Of a stretch of 32,000 bases of DNA, positions 1 to 9,941 are shown in pieces. Origin of the DNA: Zygophlyctis sp. KS116 (taxonomy: Eukaryota > Fungi > Chytridiomycota); the NCBI GenBank assembly GCA_054661495.1, contig BAAFSQ010000011.1, positions 54,490 through 86,489 on the forward strand, written 5' to 3'. The translations under genes were made by a program, and so were the position numbers. The notes beneath the pieces are model-generated. The model ran no database searches. It was not told the DNA's origin and was given only the letters and a program-made list of their open reading frames with translations. Positions within the stretch are counted from its first letter, which is position 1. Each line of letters begins with the position of its first letter.

Positions 1-184
1 GAAGTAATTTAAATTTTCAAAATAATTTTTAGATCCATCTGGAGCTATAATTGCTAATATTAACAGACTTGTCTCATCTACTCCTACGACCACCATCCCA
101 ACTGATGGCACGAGGGGCGGCCGAGGGGGAAGGAAGCCTGGAAGAGGCGGACAACGAGGACGTGGCCAGAGGGGAGCACATTAA
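1..184 (+). CDS. 3' end (last exon) of a protein with an RGG/RG-rich C-terminal tail; gene begins upstream of the window
   Basis: Intron-like gtaattt...ttttag at 4-32 (29 nt), then an open frame PSGAIIANINRLVSSTPTTTIPTDGTRGGRGGRKPGRGGQRGRGQRGAH to TAA at 182-184. Family not recognised. Confidence 0.6.
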
Positions 185-309
185 GATTTGACTTTTAAAG
201 GAGTTGATTATCGTTGAAGATCAGCTCTAAATTCTAAAAATATAAGGATCAATAATAATTTACAATCTAAGATATCAGTTATAAGTAGGTGTGAGGGCAA
301 AAGAATTTC

Positions 310-1869
310 ATGCTCGTACCATTAACTCCTCTAGAAAACCGCATTATCAAGCTGTTGCTCAATTGTATTCATGATAAGCAGCTTCCAGCAACACTTCGAA
401 TTGCTGGAGGATGGGTAAGAGATAAGTTGCTTCGGATTGAGAGCCATGATCTTGATATTGTTGTTGATAAAATGAATGGACTGGACTTTGCATCAGTGCT
501 AACAGATTACAGCAAATCTAAAAAACTTGAAATTGGTTCTATTGGAAGGATAAAACCAAATCCAGACAAATCAAAGCATTTGGAAACGGCAACACTCACA
601 CTCTTTGGGACGGATGTTGATTTTGTGGGACTGAGGCATGAGATTGAATATACTCCAGAATCTAGAAATCCGGCAGTAGTTATTGGTACTCCAGAGCAAG
701 ATGCATTCAGAAGAGATATAACGATAAACTCTTTATTTTATAATATTCATTCGCAGGAAATTGAAGACTTTACGGGAAAGGTAGTAATCTGAAACTTAAA
801 ATAACAGGGACTCAAAGATCTTGAATCAGGGATCATTAGAACACCGATGCCTGCATTCAAGACATTTAGTGATGATCCGCTAAGAATTTTAAGAGTTATT
901 AGATTTGCTACAAGATTCAATTTCAAGTTGGATGAGGAAATAAGAGATGCCGTAAAGTTTTCTGAAATTAAAGATGCATTTAGCAAAAAAATTACAAAAG
1001 AAAGGATTGGAGTTGAATTAGAGAAAATGTTGACTGGTGCAGATCCTGTTGGAGCTATACGTATACTAGTAGAATTTGGATATTATGATGCTGTTTTTGA
1101 ATACCCTTCTGATTATAAAGAAACTAAATTTCAAGATCCAAAGTCTGTTTTACAGTTGACTTCAATTATAAATTCAATATTGCATAAAAGCAAAATTCTT
1201 TTGGAATGGCCAATTGAAAAACTTGGAATACAATTCCCATTAGACAAAGAATTAGAAAAAAGATTATATCTGGCATGTTGTATTTCTCCATTTCTTGGCA
1301 TGACTACACAAACTAGTAAATCTAAAAACATTTTATTAGGAAAATGGATGATTCTAAATTCTATTAAACTTGGTAATTATGATGCAGATCAAAGTTCTAC
1401 AATGGTTGAAATGTCTGATTTAATACAGAAATGGGTCAATAGGGAAATTGAATACACTCCTGAATATAGAAGAGATCTTGGACTATTTATTAGAAATCTT
1501 GGTAATATTAAAAGCTTGGGAGATCATTGGCCTTTTGGAATATTTTTTGCAATGATTTTAGAGATTAAACAGGCTAGTAGTGGAATATATTTTCAAGAGA
1601 TTGATTTTCAAGACTCTAAAATTTCAGAAATATCTTCAAAATACAAGAATTTTATGGATGGTATAGTCAAATTATCTCTTGAAAGAATTCATTTAGAAAA
1701 ACATTTATTGGATGGAAAAGTTGTTTTAAAGGCTCTAAATTTACGACCAGGACCATCAATTGGAGAAAATTTAGATAAAGTTATGGCCTGGCAGCTGGAG
1801 AATCCAGATGGTAAACCCAATGATTGTTTAGAATGGCTCGTCTCTTCAAGTCAGACAGTGAACAAGTAA
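310..1869 (+). CDS. CCA1: tRNA nucleotidyltransferase (CCA-adding enzyme, class II); 1 intron (781-807, 27 nt)
   Basis: Motifs GGWVRDKLL...DLDIVV, RRDITINSLFYN, DDPLRILR and ERIGVE. Splicing gtagta...aacag joins DFTGK to GLKDLESGIIRTP in frame with the 847-1869 ORF. Confidence 0.93.
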
Positions 1870-1918
1870 ATTGATTTCTGGCTTTAATAAAGCGTGATTT
1901 TTTGTTTGTTTACGTAAA

Positions 1919-3040
1919 ATGTCCAAACCAGAGACAAAGAACAAGAACTTGGCTGTACATTTGATATCAGGAGGTATCGCAGGTGGCTGTGAAGCTCTTG
2001 CTTGTCATCCGCTGGGTAATTTCTGTACTTTAAAAGTAAAGACACTATCAAGGTTCGCTTACAAATCAGAGGAGAACGAGCGGCTCAAGCGTTGAGAAAT
2101 GCTCCTGCTGCAGCTGCTGCAAAGGCTGTTAAAGTATGTATATTTGATGTAATGCATTAGCCTCAAAGCAACAATTTCATTGCTGTCGGATATCAAATCG
2201 CATCCAAAGAAGGATTTCTGTCTCTGTACAAGGGATTGGGAGCTGTAGTCTCTGGGATTGTTCCTAAAATGGCAATTCGGTTCTCATCTTTTGAATTTTA
2301 CAAGGAAAAATTGGCTGATTCTAGTACTGGACAAACTAGTACTGCTGGAATATTTCTTGCTGGTTTGGGAGCAGGAGCGACAGAGTCTGTTCTTGTAGTT
2401 ACTCCTATGGATGTCATAAAAATTAGACTACAATCTCAGCGTCATTCTCTATCAGATCCTCTTGATATTCCAAAGTATAGAAATGCAGGGCATTGTGCGT
2501 ATGTGATTGTTAAAGAAGAAGGATTTGGGGCATTATACAAGGGAATTACTCTTACTGTTTTGAGACAAGGGACAAATCAAGCTGCTAATTTTACAATGTA
2601 TCAGTATCTTAAAAAGAGATTGGGGGATGGTGCACCACTTGATGGTAATGGAAATCCTATACTTCCTTGGTATCAACATTTAGGAAGTGGATTTATATCT
2701 GGTGCTGCAGGACCTCTTTTTAATGCTCCAATTGATACTATCAAGACAAGAATTCAAAAGAGCACTTCTACAGAGGCTGGATGGACTCAATTTAGGAATA
2801 TAACGTCTGGAATTTTGAAAAATGAAGGATTTTTAGCCTTTTATCGCGGTTTAACTCCTAGAGTATTAAGAGTAGCACCAGGTATTATAATTTTCATTTA
2901 AAATTATAGGACAAGCGATTACATTTATGGTGTATGAAAAAGTATATTCATGGTTTACATCTGGTGGAATTAAAGTAAATCAAGAAGAATTAGAAAAAGC
3001 AGCGATTGATAATACTGGATCATCTAAAGATGAGTATTAA
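1919..3040 (+). CDS. SFC1: Mitochondrial carrier (SLC25), succinate/fumarate carrier type; introns 2016-2041, 2134-2160, 2882-2909
   Basis: Three PxDxxKxR signatures (HPLDTIKVR, TPMDVIKIR, APIDTIKTR). GIVPKMAIRF, RQGTNQAANF and TPRVLRVAPGQAITF resemble SFC1/ACR1. ATG at 1919, TAA at 3038-3040. Confidence 0.88.
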
Positions 3041-3046
3041 AACTTT

Positions 3047-3634
3047 TTAAAAAGATCTTTGATAAACAGTTATTTGAATTTCTGGTACAGTTAAGAATCC
3101 AACTCTTGGTACAAATCCTTCTAGTTCCCATCCCATTCTATCTACAAATTTTTGAAGAGTTTGAACAGGTTCATGAATTGAAAGAATTTTATGCCTTAGG
3201 AGATTAGAAATCAATAAAAACCCAATCATCACGCCCAAAGATATTAAAGGCACAATTATTTTAGAATATTCAAATTGAAAAATTAGATTTTTTTGAGACA
3301 ATACAGCAACAAAGAATGCACTAATACAACCCAAAATTATAAATACATGTACTATAATGAGTTTAAGAAACCTTGATGAAATAATTCTTAGAGCTTTATT
3401 ACATTCAGCTATTCCTATATTCCATCCTGGATCTAAATTATCAACATACCAATCTGGAATCGGTCCAATAGGAAATTCCCAAATTGGAACAAATCTATGT
3501 GGAAGTAATAGAGCATGATATGGAAATGCATGCGTTTGGGATAAACTTGGATCAAATGGCGATATTCTTGCAACAGATGCATTATAGCTAGGAGGGGTAT
3601 CTGTGTATGCGGGAGGTTGAATTCTTACGGCCAT
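3047..3634 (-). CDS. Uncharacterised two-pass membrane protein with two N-terminal PPxY motifs
   Basis: 195-aa intronless ORF; PPAY and PPSY near the N-terminus; two hydrophobic helices (LIIVHVFIILGCISAFFVAVL, IIVPLISLGVMIGFLLI). Confidence 0.7.
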   Translation of the reverse strand: MAVRIQPPAYTDTPPSYNASVARISPFDPSLSQTHAFPYHALLLPHRFVPIWEFPIGPIPDWYVDNLDPGWNIGIAECNKALRIISSRFLKLIIVHVFIILGCISAFFVAVLSQKNLIFQFEYSKIIVPLISLGVMIGFLLISNLLRHKILSIHEPVQTLQKFVDRMGWELEGFVPRVGFLTVPEIQITVYQRSF

Positions 3635-3700
3635 TCTCTTTCAGTTAAAGATTTTAGGGTCTGGCCATCAAAAAAAAAGTACTAGGTCGTGCTCTAAGAA

Positions 3701-4150
3701 ATGGTGAAATTGGACATTTACAATCAACCGCAAGAGCCTTTGGAGGAATATGAATATCCGTTGGAAAAAATAACAAAAAGTTGGACTAAAGAATTATCGG
3801 GTATCTTATCGGAAGCGTCAAAAAGTTGTAAAAATGCTTTTAAAAGTGGTTTACAAGGAATTTCAGAGATTCCGACGCCGGAAATCCCAATTTTTATTAA
3901 AAATATTCCAAGAGATCTCAAGGAAATTCATGCACAGGATGAACCAATGGTGCCTAATATGCTTTATGTTTTGGCATCTGGTACAGGTACAGGAATCATG
4001 CTAAAAAAGAGTAAGAGCTATTATATAATATTAGGTGGGTTATTTTCTAGATTTACGATGCCTGTTTCAGCAATGGTTTTAACATTTTATTTTTTGTATC
4101 CAAAAACTAGTAACAACTTGATTGAAAAATACACAAAGAAATTCAGATAG
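3701..4150 (+). CDS. MICOS complex subunit Mic26/Mic27 (apolipoprotein O family)-like; probable in-frame 24-nt intron 4011-4034
   Basis: KLDIY N-terminus, then EPMVPNMLYVLASGTGTGIMLKK / RFTMP...FYFLYPKT, the two-helix pattern of fungal Mic26/27. gtaaga...attag at 4011-4034 keeps the frame. Confidence 0.65.
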   Translation: MVKLDIYNQPQEPLEEYEYPLEKITKSWTKELSGILSEASKSCKNAFKSGLQGISEIPTPEIPIFIKNIPRDLKEIHAQDEPMVPNMLYVLASGTGTGIMLKKSKSYYIILGGLFSRFTMPVSAMVLTFYFLYPKTSNNLIEKYTKKFR

Positions 4151-4244
4151 TTTACGATTGCAATTACTCAGACTGTTTTAATTGATGAATGTGATTGATC
4201 GCTAAAGGAAGCACTGATCTGATTACTAGTAGTTCTCTTGCTTT

Positions 4245-5100
4245 CTGAAAAATCATTAGTCAATCATAAACTTTATTGAGTTGAATTGTTTACTCTGTAC
4301 TTGCTAAAACATGTCCAGCGACAGCTGTAAGGGAGCTCATCAGACTTTCTTTGTCATGGTACTCCAATAATGAACGACGCGCAACTGGATCCAAAGCAGT
4401 TATGATTTTGGTACCTGTTTCATCATCTTTGATTATATCAAATAGTATTCTGTCCATTCCTTCACGTCCTATGGGAGGAGGCATTTTTAAGGCCATATGA
4501 GAGATACACTCTTTCAGAGTTTTTTTCTTTCTATTGTCCAGCGAGTCATAAAACATTTTATGATAATATATCATGTCTCTTGCCCTTCCTTTCCGATAAT
4601 CAAGTAATTTCTCAAGCAAAAACAATTCATACGGGACACCACCAGTCCAGTACAAAGCATCTTTAGCCTCGTCAGAGTCATGCTACACTTGTATATTATT
4701 GCTTCAGGAGACGATAAGCATTTCTCATCACCACAAAAACAGAGTTGTCATCGACTTTAAATCTCTGTTGAAGTTTATGGGGAGAAATCAGAGGAAGAAA
4801 CAGAGAAGATGTTCCGGAGAAATCGGCAGAGGATAGACCTTTTCGGACAGAAAGAAGGGCTTCTTGTGACTTTCTAGCAAATGCAACTGTTGCTCTTAAG
4901 GATATCAATGGTAAAGAAGGGAATTCGGCATCTACTTCATTAATCGGTCGCTTTCTTGGGTTTGCCTGATGTTTGCTGGGCGACATTACTGGGATCATCA
5001 AATGCAAGATCTAAAATTTCAGTCTAATGTTTCAGAAAAGAGAAACTGATATGTTACCTGCTGTTTTTGCGGACGGCAGTGTGGAGCATGTCTTTCACAT
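4245..5100 (-). pseudogene. Disrupted gene remnant, possibly Crinkler (CRN)-like/P-loop ATPase-associated family
   Basis: Two ORF pieces (4696-5007, 4290-4655) in different frames with stops between them and no convincing host-type intron to join them; YWTGGVPYEL motif; two intron-like segments of 47 nt (5011-5057) and 49 nt (4245-4293). The family call is inference from motif memory. Confidence 0.4.
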
Positions 5101-5315
5101 TTGTTATAAGTAAGATAAGAGAATGTTTATTGAAGAAATAATTTATCCAGCGCAGGAAAATCATTGATCAAATCTTCAAACAATATGATGGCCAAATCAA
5201 CTCTGCATCCCCAACGCAACATTTCGGTGCAACCCAATACAATTCTATTGCCGTTTAAAACTTCATCATGCATGATTTTACATGAATAGATTGTGTGAAA
5301 TTCTTGCGATTGCGC

Positions 5316-5405
5316 TAATTGAGATGCCGATCATAAATCAATACTGAAGTCAACTTGAGATAATTCAGATGCCGATCATAAATCAATACTAAAGTCAACT
5401 TGAGA
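5316..5405. repeat. 45-bp tandem duplication (2 copies, 2 mismatches)
   Basis: taattgagatgccgatcataaatcaatactgaagtcaacttgaga (5316-5360) followed by taattcagatgccgatcataaatcaatactaaagtcaacttgaga (5361-5405). Confidence 0.95.
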
Positions 5406-5438
5406 TCTGAGAAAGTTCGCGTTTACTGGAAACTGGAA

Positions 5439-7735
5439 ATGGCTTGGAGGCCTCCACTTCCGAATACTGCAAAAGCGAGAAAGAGCAGCACTGGAAAATG
5501 TTGGATTGCCATTCTCCCGAATGAAATTATGGCTGTTATTTTGTCTAATTTGGATCCAATTGAATTAACAAGAGTTACAGCTGTTTGTAAACGTTGGCAT
5601 AATGTTATTTCCGATGATTCTTGCTGGCGATTGGCTTTGCATACAGCATTCGGCTCACTACCAGTGAGGAGAATAACTGCCGGATCTTGGCGTAGAGAAT
5701 ATCTCACGCGAAGGGGCCTATTGAAAGAATGGGGAAGAGGTCGGCAGGCAGTTACTTTTGAACCGAGGATTGGTAAAATACAGGTCGCTTATATGTCCTG
5801 GGATGATTGTAGGCTATATGCCGGATCAGTAGAAAAGGGGATGGTATCAGTATGTCAGCCCCTGAGTGGGAAAGTAGAAAAGGAATCTATATTTTGTGGA
5901 GATGAAGATAGAGTACCAATGCAACTAAGTATATTAAAGGTTGATGGGTATGAGTAAAGTTTTTTCTGATATCTAGAAATCGTATTATTATTGGTCATTT
6001 AACTGGACAATTGGCATTGATTACAAACTTTAAGGATCGTATGGAGTACTCTGTTAAAAGGTTTCAGGGATTTCATGATGGGCCAGTTAGTTGTATTTCC
6101 TGGTCTAATAATTTTACAAATGCTATCCTAAGTGGAGGTGTAGATACAGTAATCAAGTTGTGGAATGTGTCTGATGGGACATGTCGTAGGAATTTGGTGG
6201 GAGCGCGGAGTAAAGTACGTCTTAAATGATTTTAATATTAGATCATATATATTAGTTTTGATAGTAAAAATCATGTTTTAGCATCTTGTGAAGATGGGAA
6301 AATTTTGATTTGGGATTTGGATATTGGATTGATTTTAAAAGAATCGGAATCAACAAGTATAAATTCAATAACAGCAAACAGAGTTGTCTCTTTTGATCAA
6401 AGGATTGCTTTAAAGTGTTTGATTTATGATCCAGATTCAAATACTTGTTTAACTGTTTATCCAACATCTTCAGCAGTTGGATTGAAGAGATGGAGTGTGA
6501 AAGATTCCTCTATAGTTTGCAGTTTTGATGATTCTCACTCTTTAGAGATGACTTGCGCTGTATGGGATAGATTGGTTTCGGGAAAAACAGAAAGAAATTC
6601 TAGTATTTTAGTAACTGGAGATAAGTCTGGTAAAATATGTGTTTGGGATATTCCAGAATCAGGATCAAATACTCCTTTAGTACCACTTAAAATAATATCA
6701 AATGCGCATCCAATGTCTCTTTCTCTTCTATATCTGGACCCATTCAAAATATTGTCGGTGGACATATCTGGTATAATTAAAGTATGGGATTTGATGACAA
6801 GTAAATGCATTCGAGCATTTAATGTCCCTAAAAATTCTAGAGACCCTGAAGAAATCAATGAACAAAAGACGGTGCATCTTGTTTGTGTAGGACCTTATCA
6901 ATTGATTGCAGCAATAGGAAATTCCATCAGATCATGGAATTTTGACTCTTTTTATGCTCTTCAGTTCTCAAGCAAAAAGAAAAGGGAAAAATTGTTAAGT
7001 CCAAGTCATTCCCGCTCTGCTGGGGGTTCTCGATCTTCTTCTAAATTACAATCTCGATCTCCTCGTCATCAATTCCTTACTGAAATGAGAGAGGAAATCT
7101 CTTGGGTTAGTGAGGATCGAGAATTTGAAAAATATAAGAGTGAACAACAAAATCGATTAAGTGTTAAGTTTAATGGGTTATCACCAACTAATAAATCGGG
7201 ACTCACAGAAGATGAAATGATCAGTTATGCAATGATGCTCTCTATGGAAGAAAATGAACCGAATGATGGTTTAAGAATCAATGCAAGTTATTCTCAATCA
7301 ATTCCAATGAAAAGTCCTAATAGACATTACAATGCCTCTACATCTAGAATCAACTCTTGGAATGATCGATTTAAGTCTGATGAATGGGAAGAAAATGATG
7401 AAGATCCTGATACAGCAGCATATTATTCCCCATCAAGATCCAATTCTCTTGAATTAGATTCATCGGAATGGTTATCTACATCTGACGGGAAAAGAAGAAT
7501 ATTTTATGGAATGAATATGGTGACTAATTCCAGACGGAATGGATCTTCTGAACCGTTTTACTCTTCTAGACATGCCTCTGGAGCAGCTGGAATTCTCCTA
7601 CGTTCTCCTGGTCTAGTTCCAGTTGATATGAGACAAGGCCATGTGAGGGTGATCGGCGATTCTACAAATGAAGATGGTGGATGGGATGGTGATGAATTAC
7701 AATATGTGTTGGAGATGTCTTTACATGAAAAATGA
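5439..7735 (+). CDS. F-box/WD40-repeat protein with two C-terminal UIM motifs (Pof10-like); introns 5948-5976, 6215-6241
   Basis: F-box LPNEIMAVILSNLDPIELTRVTAVCKRW; WD40 repeats (SGGVDTVIKLWNV, EDGKILIWDL, GDKSGKICVWDI, SGIIKVWDL); UIM-like TEDEMISYAMMLSMEE and DGDELQYVLEMSLHEK. Both introns restore the frame. Confidence 0.88.
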
Positions 7736-7839
7736 AAATCTATTATTTTTAGGCCTGAAAGGTACCGTCTTGCGGTGGCAATCATCACGGGACCCAACAT
7801 TAAAATAGAATAGTATCACTTGCGGCCTGCTGATAAGAA

Positions 7840-8114
7840 ATGAATGACATTGCACTTCCCAAAGTTTTCAATCCTGAAAAGGCTTCAATTAAAAACCAAC
7901 AAGCAACATCATTGTCCAATCTATTTGACCCAATAGCGAATCCCTTATCTGCTCCATCAGCAGCACCCAATAGGTAGCTATTCCTAATTAAACTAATAGT
8001 AGTCGGACTAAAACTAGATTAACAACAATGCAAGTGTAAGATAATTTTATTAATATCAAAAGCTATGCAAAGACAACTGTTGGTCCAGATATGGAGGATG
8101 AAAGACATTATTAA
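7840..8114 (+). CDS. Putative 73-aa microprotein, 3 exons (7840-7973, 8000-8035, 8063-8114); not in the ORF track
   Basis: Two host-type introns (gtagct...taatag, 26 nt; gtaaga...caaaag, 27 nt) join into one open frame: MNDIALPKVFNPEKASIKNQQATSLSNLFDPIANPLSAPSAAPNSSRTKTRLTTMQVYAKTTVGPDMEDERHY*. Confidence 0.6.
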
Positions 8115-8120
8115 ATGATT

Positions 8121-9745
8121 TTATTTGTTTTTCGATTTAAGTTTCCATTGAGCACTGGGAATACTTTCCAATTTTCTAACCATTGGCCGTATATAAAAGA
8201 GTAAACTTGTGACGCCAAAAGCTAAACAAATAGCACAAACAATGTAATATCCATCCTGATCCAATTGACATTTTCCTTTAGCTGTTGAGCAAGAGGCTTT
8301 TCCAATATCATCTGAACATTTAAGATTAGGCACAAAAGTTCCATCAGACAAGACACAAGGGGCAATCGTAAAAGACTCCACCGCCAAACTTTAGATAAAA
8401 TAAAATACCTTTAAAACAAAATATCTGGGCCAAGTTCCTCCTAAATTACTAAGAGTATTCAGCTATAATTAAGAATAAATGAAATTACTAGTGTCATATA
8501 AGTTCCACCAATCAAGGGATCACTAATAGTCGTGAAATAACTTCCAATTCCAACAAACTGAACAGTACTAAAATCTTAGAGTAAAAAGATACCTCATAAA
8601 AGAGCTGAGGACATTTGATCCAAGAACCAATAAGAAATAACTATTAGTTACACCTGATTCTGGATAGATATAAACTACAAACATTCCAAAAGCAGAAAAA
8701 AATAGTCTTCCATAGAATGCATATAGCCAAGGACGTAGAGGACGAGCCCCAGAACTCCATTTTGCTGCATAATATCCAAAAAATAATTGAAGTGGAAAAT
8801 CGACCAAGACCGATAATGCCAAATCTTCTTTTGAGAAACCTTTTTCCAATAATTTGAGTCCAGTCACAGATTCATTTGCAATAAATCCAATTTTAGCAAT
8901 CAAGAGTAAAATAAGCAAAGATTGCATATCTATTCTTTTTTAAACTGGGAAACTTACGCTCCATTTGGAGAACCTGCCATATTGTTTGATATACTTCACC
9001 CACATCATCTATAGTCTCATGTAATCCAAGATGTTCCTTTTTAAAGAATATTAACCATAAGTCACAAACTAGAAAAACTATTCCCCAAAATATCAAATAA
9101 GTTCCTAATCCAAATAATCCATATTCTAAAGGACTTGATCTTAAATACTTGTTTGAGAATTCAGCTGAATTTAAAGCTAAAAAAACAGTAAAAGAGAGAA
9201 AATATCCTGAATTTAGCCCTATAGTTTGAGCTGTTGAACCATAAGTCTATACTATAAGTTTTTCTATTTTATACCTTGTTATCTTCATTTAATAATGTTA
9301 ATGCCCATCCATCAACTGCAATATCCTGAGTTGCACATAAAAATATTAAAAATGTAAAGGCAAAAGTCAATTGAGAAATTGGAATATTTGAGCCAGCAAG
9401 AAAATCATCAATATAAAGACCAAGAATTATCAGAGAACATCCTATTACAAATTGCGTTGGAATAATCCATGATTTTCTTCTCCCGATTGATTTAGAAAAA
9501 TACGAGTCTACGAATGGAGACCACAATAGTTTTAGAGAATAGGGATAAGAAGATAATGAGAATACAGCAAGATCGGCAAATGATAGCTTTGATTTCAGTA
9601 AAAATGGAATTGATCCAAAGCAAAGCCCCAACGGAACTCCCTGAAGCAAGTACAAGATAACTAACAGAACGATATTTCCCAGATCGCTATCTGAGCCTCG
9701 TTTTGTGGGAGACTTTGCAGGAGCTGGAAGTTTTCTAGAGCTCAT
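8121..9745 (-). CDS. Acetyl-CoA transporter AT-1 (SLC33A1/YBR220C family, MFS); 5 introns
   Basis: LYLLQGVPLGL, YPYSLKLLWSPFVDS, GRRKSWIIP, ATQDIAVDGWALTLL, DPLIGGTYMTLLNTLSNLGGTWP and DGYY motifs. Four canonical 25-28 nt introns plus one problematic junction at 8385-8408. Confidence 0.92.
8385..8408 (-). other. Candidate non-canonical GT-TG micro-intron (24 nt) in the AT-1 gene
   Basis: AAG|gtattttattttatctaaagtttg|GCG GTG GAG. Read-through hits TAA, and the AAG at 20 nt frameshifts. Only the TG at 24 nt or a GAG at 33 nt (losing AVE) keeps the frame. Confidence 0.45.
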
Positions 9746-9941
9746 TACAGTTGCAGCCTAAACTTTGGAGTTTGCGGCCGAGTTTCATGGTTCAATGGAT
9801 TGCGTTAATATCTACCGATAATGCATGCTTGATAATACAATAATAAATTATGTTTGATGCATACAGATAATAGACTAAAGCATGCATTCAATGGTAGTAA
9901 AACGAAACAGACAAGTTTCAGACTCACAAATTTGTCTTTAA

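Noticed and set aside
310-1869. Split CC-adding or A-adding enzyme, or a poly(A) polymerase
   Set aside because: The flexible loop (EYTPESRNP) and the ERIGVE motif look intact, so nothing visible argues against an ordinary CCA-adding enzyme.
4799-4815. U6 snRNA (ACAGAGAAGAT match)
   Set aside because: The match ends after 11 nt; the downstream TAGCATGG and the internal stem-loop are absent.
5400-5438. TTG start of the F-box ORF
   Set aside because: It begins inside the 45-bp duplication; the first ATG is at 5439. TTG/GTG starts in the track are prokaryotic-style artefacts.
7770-7795. Box C/D snoRNA (GTGATGA on the minus strand)
   Set aside because: No box D (CTGA) at a suitable distance and no terminal stem.
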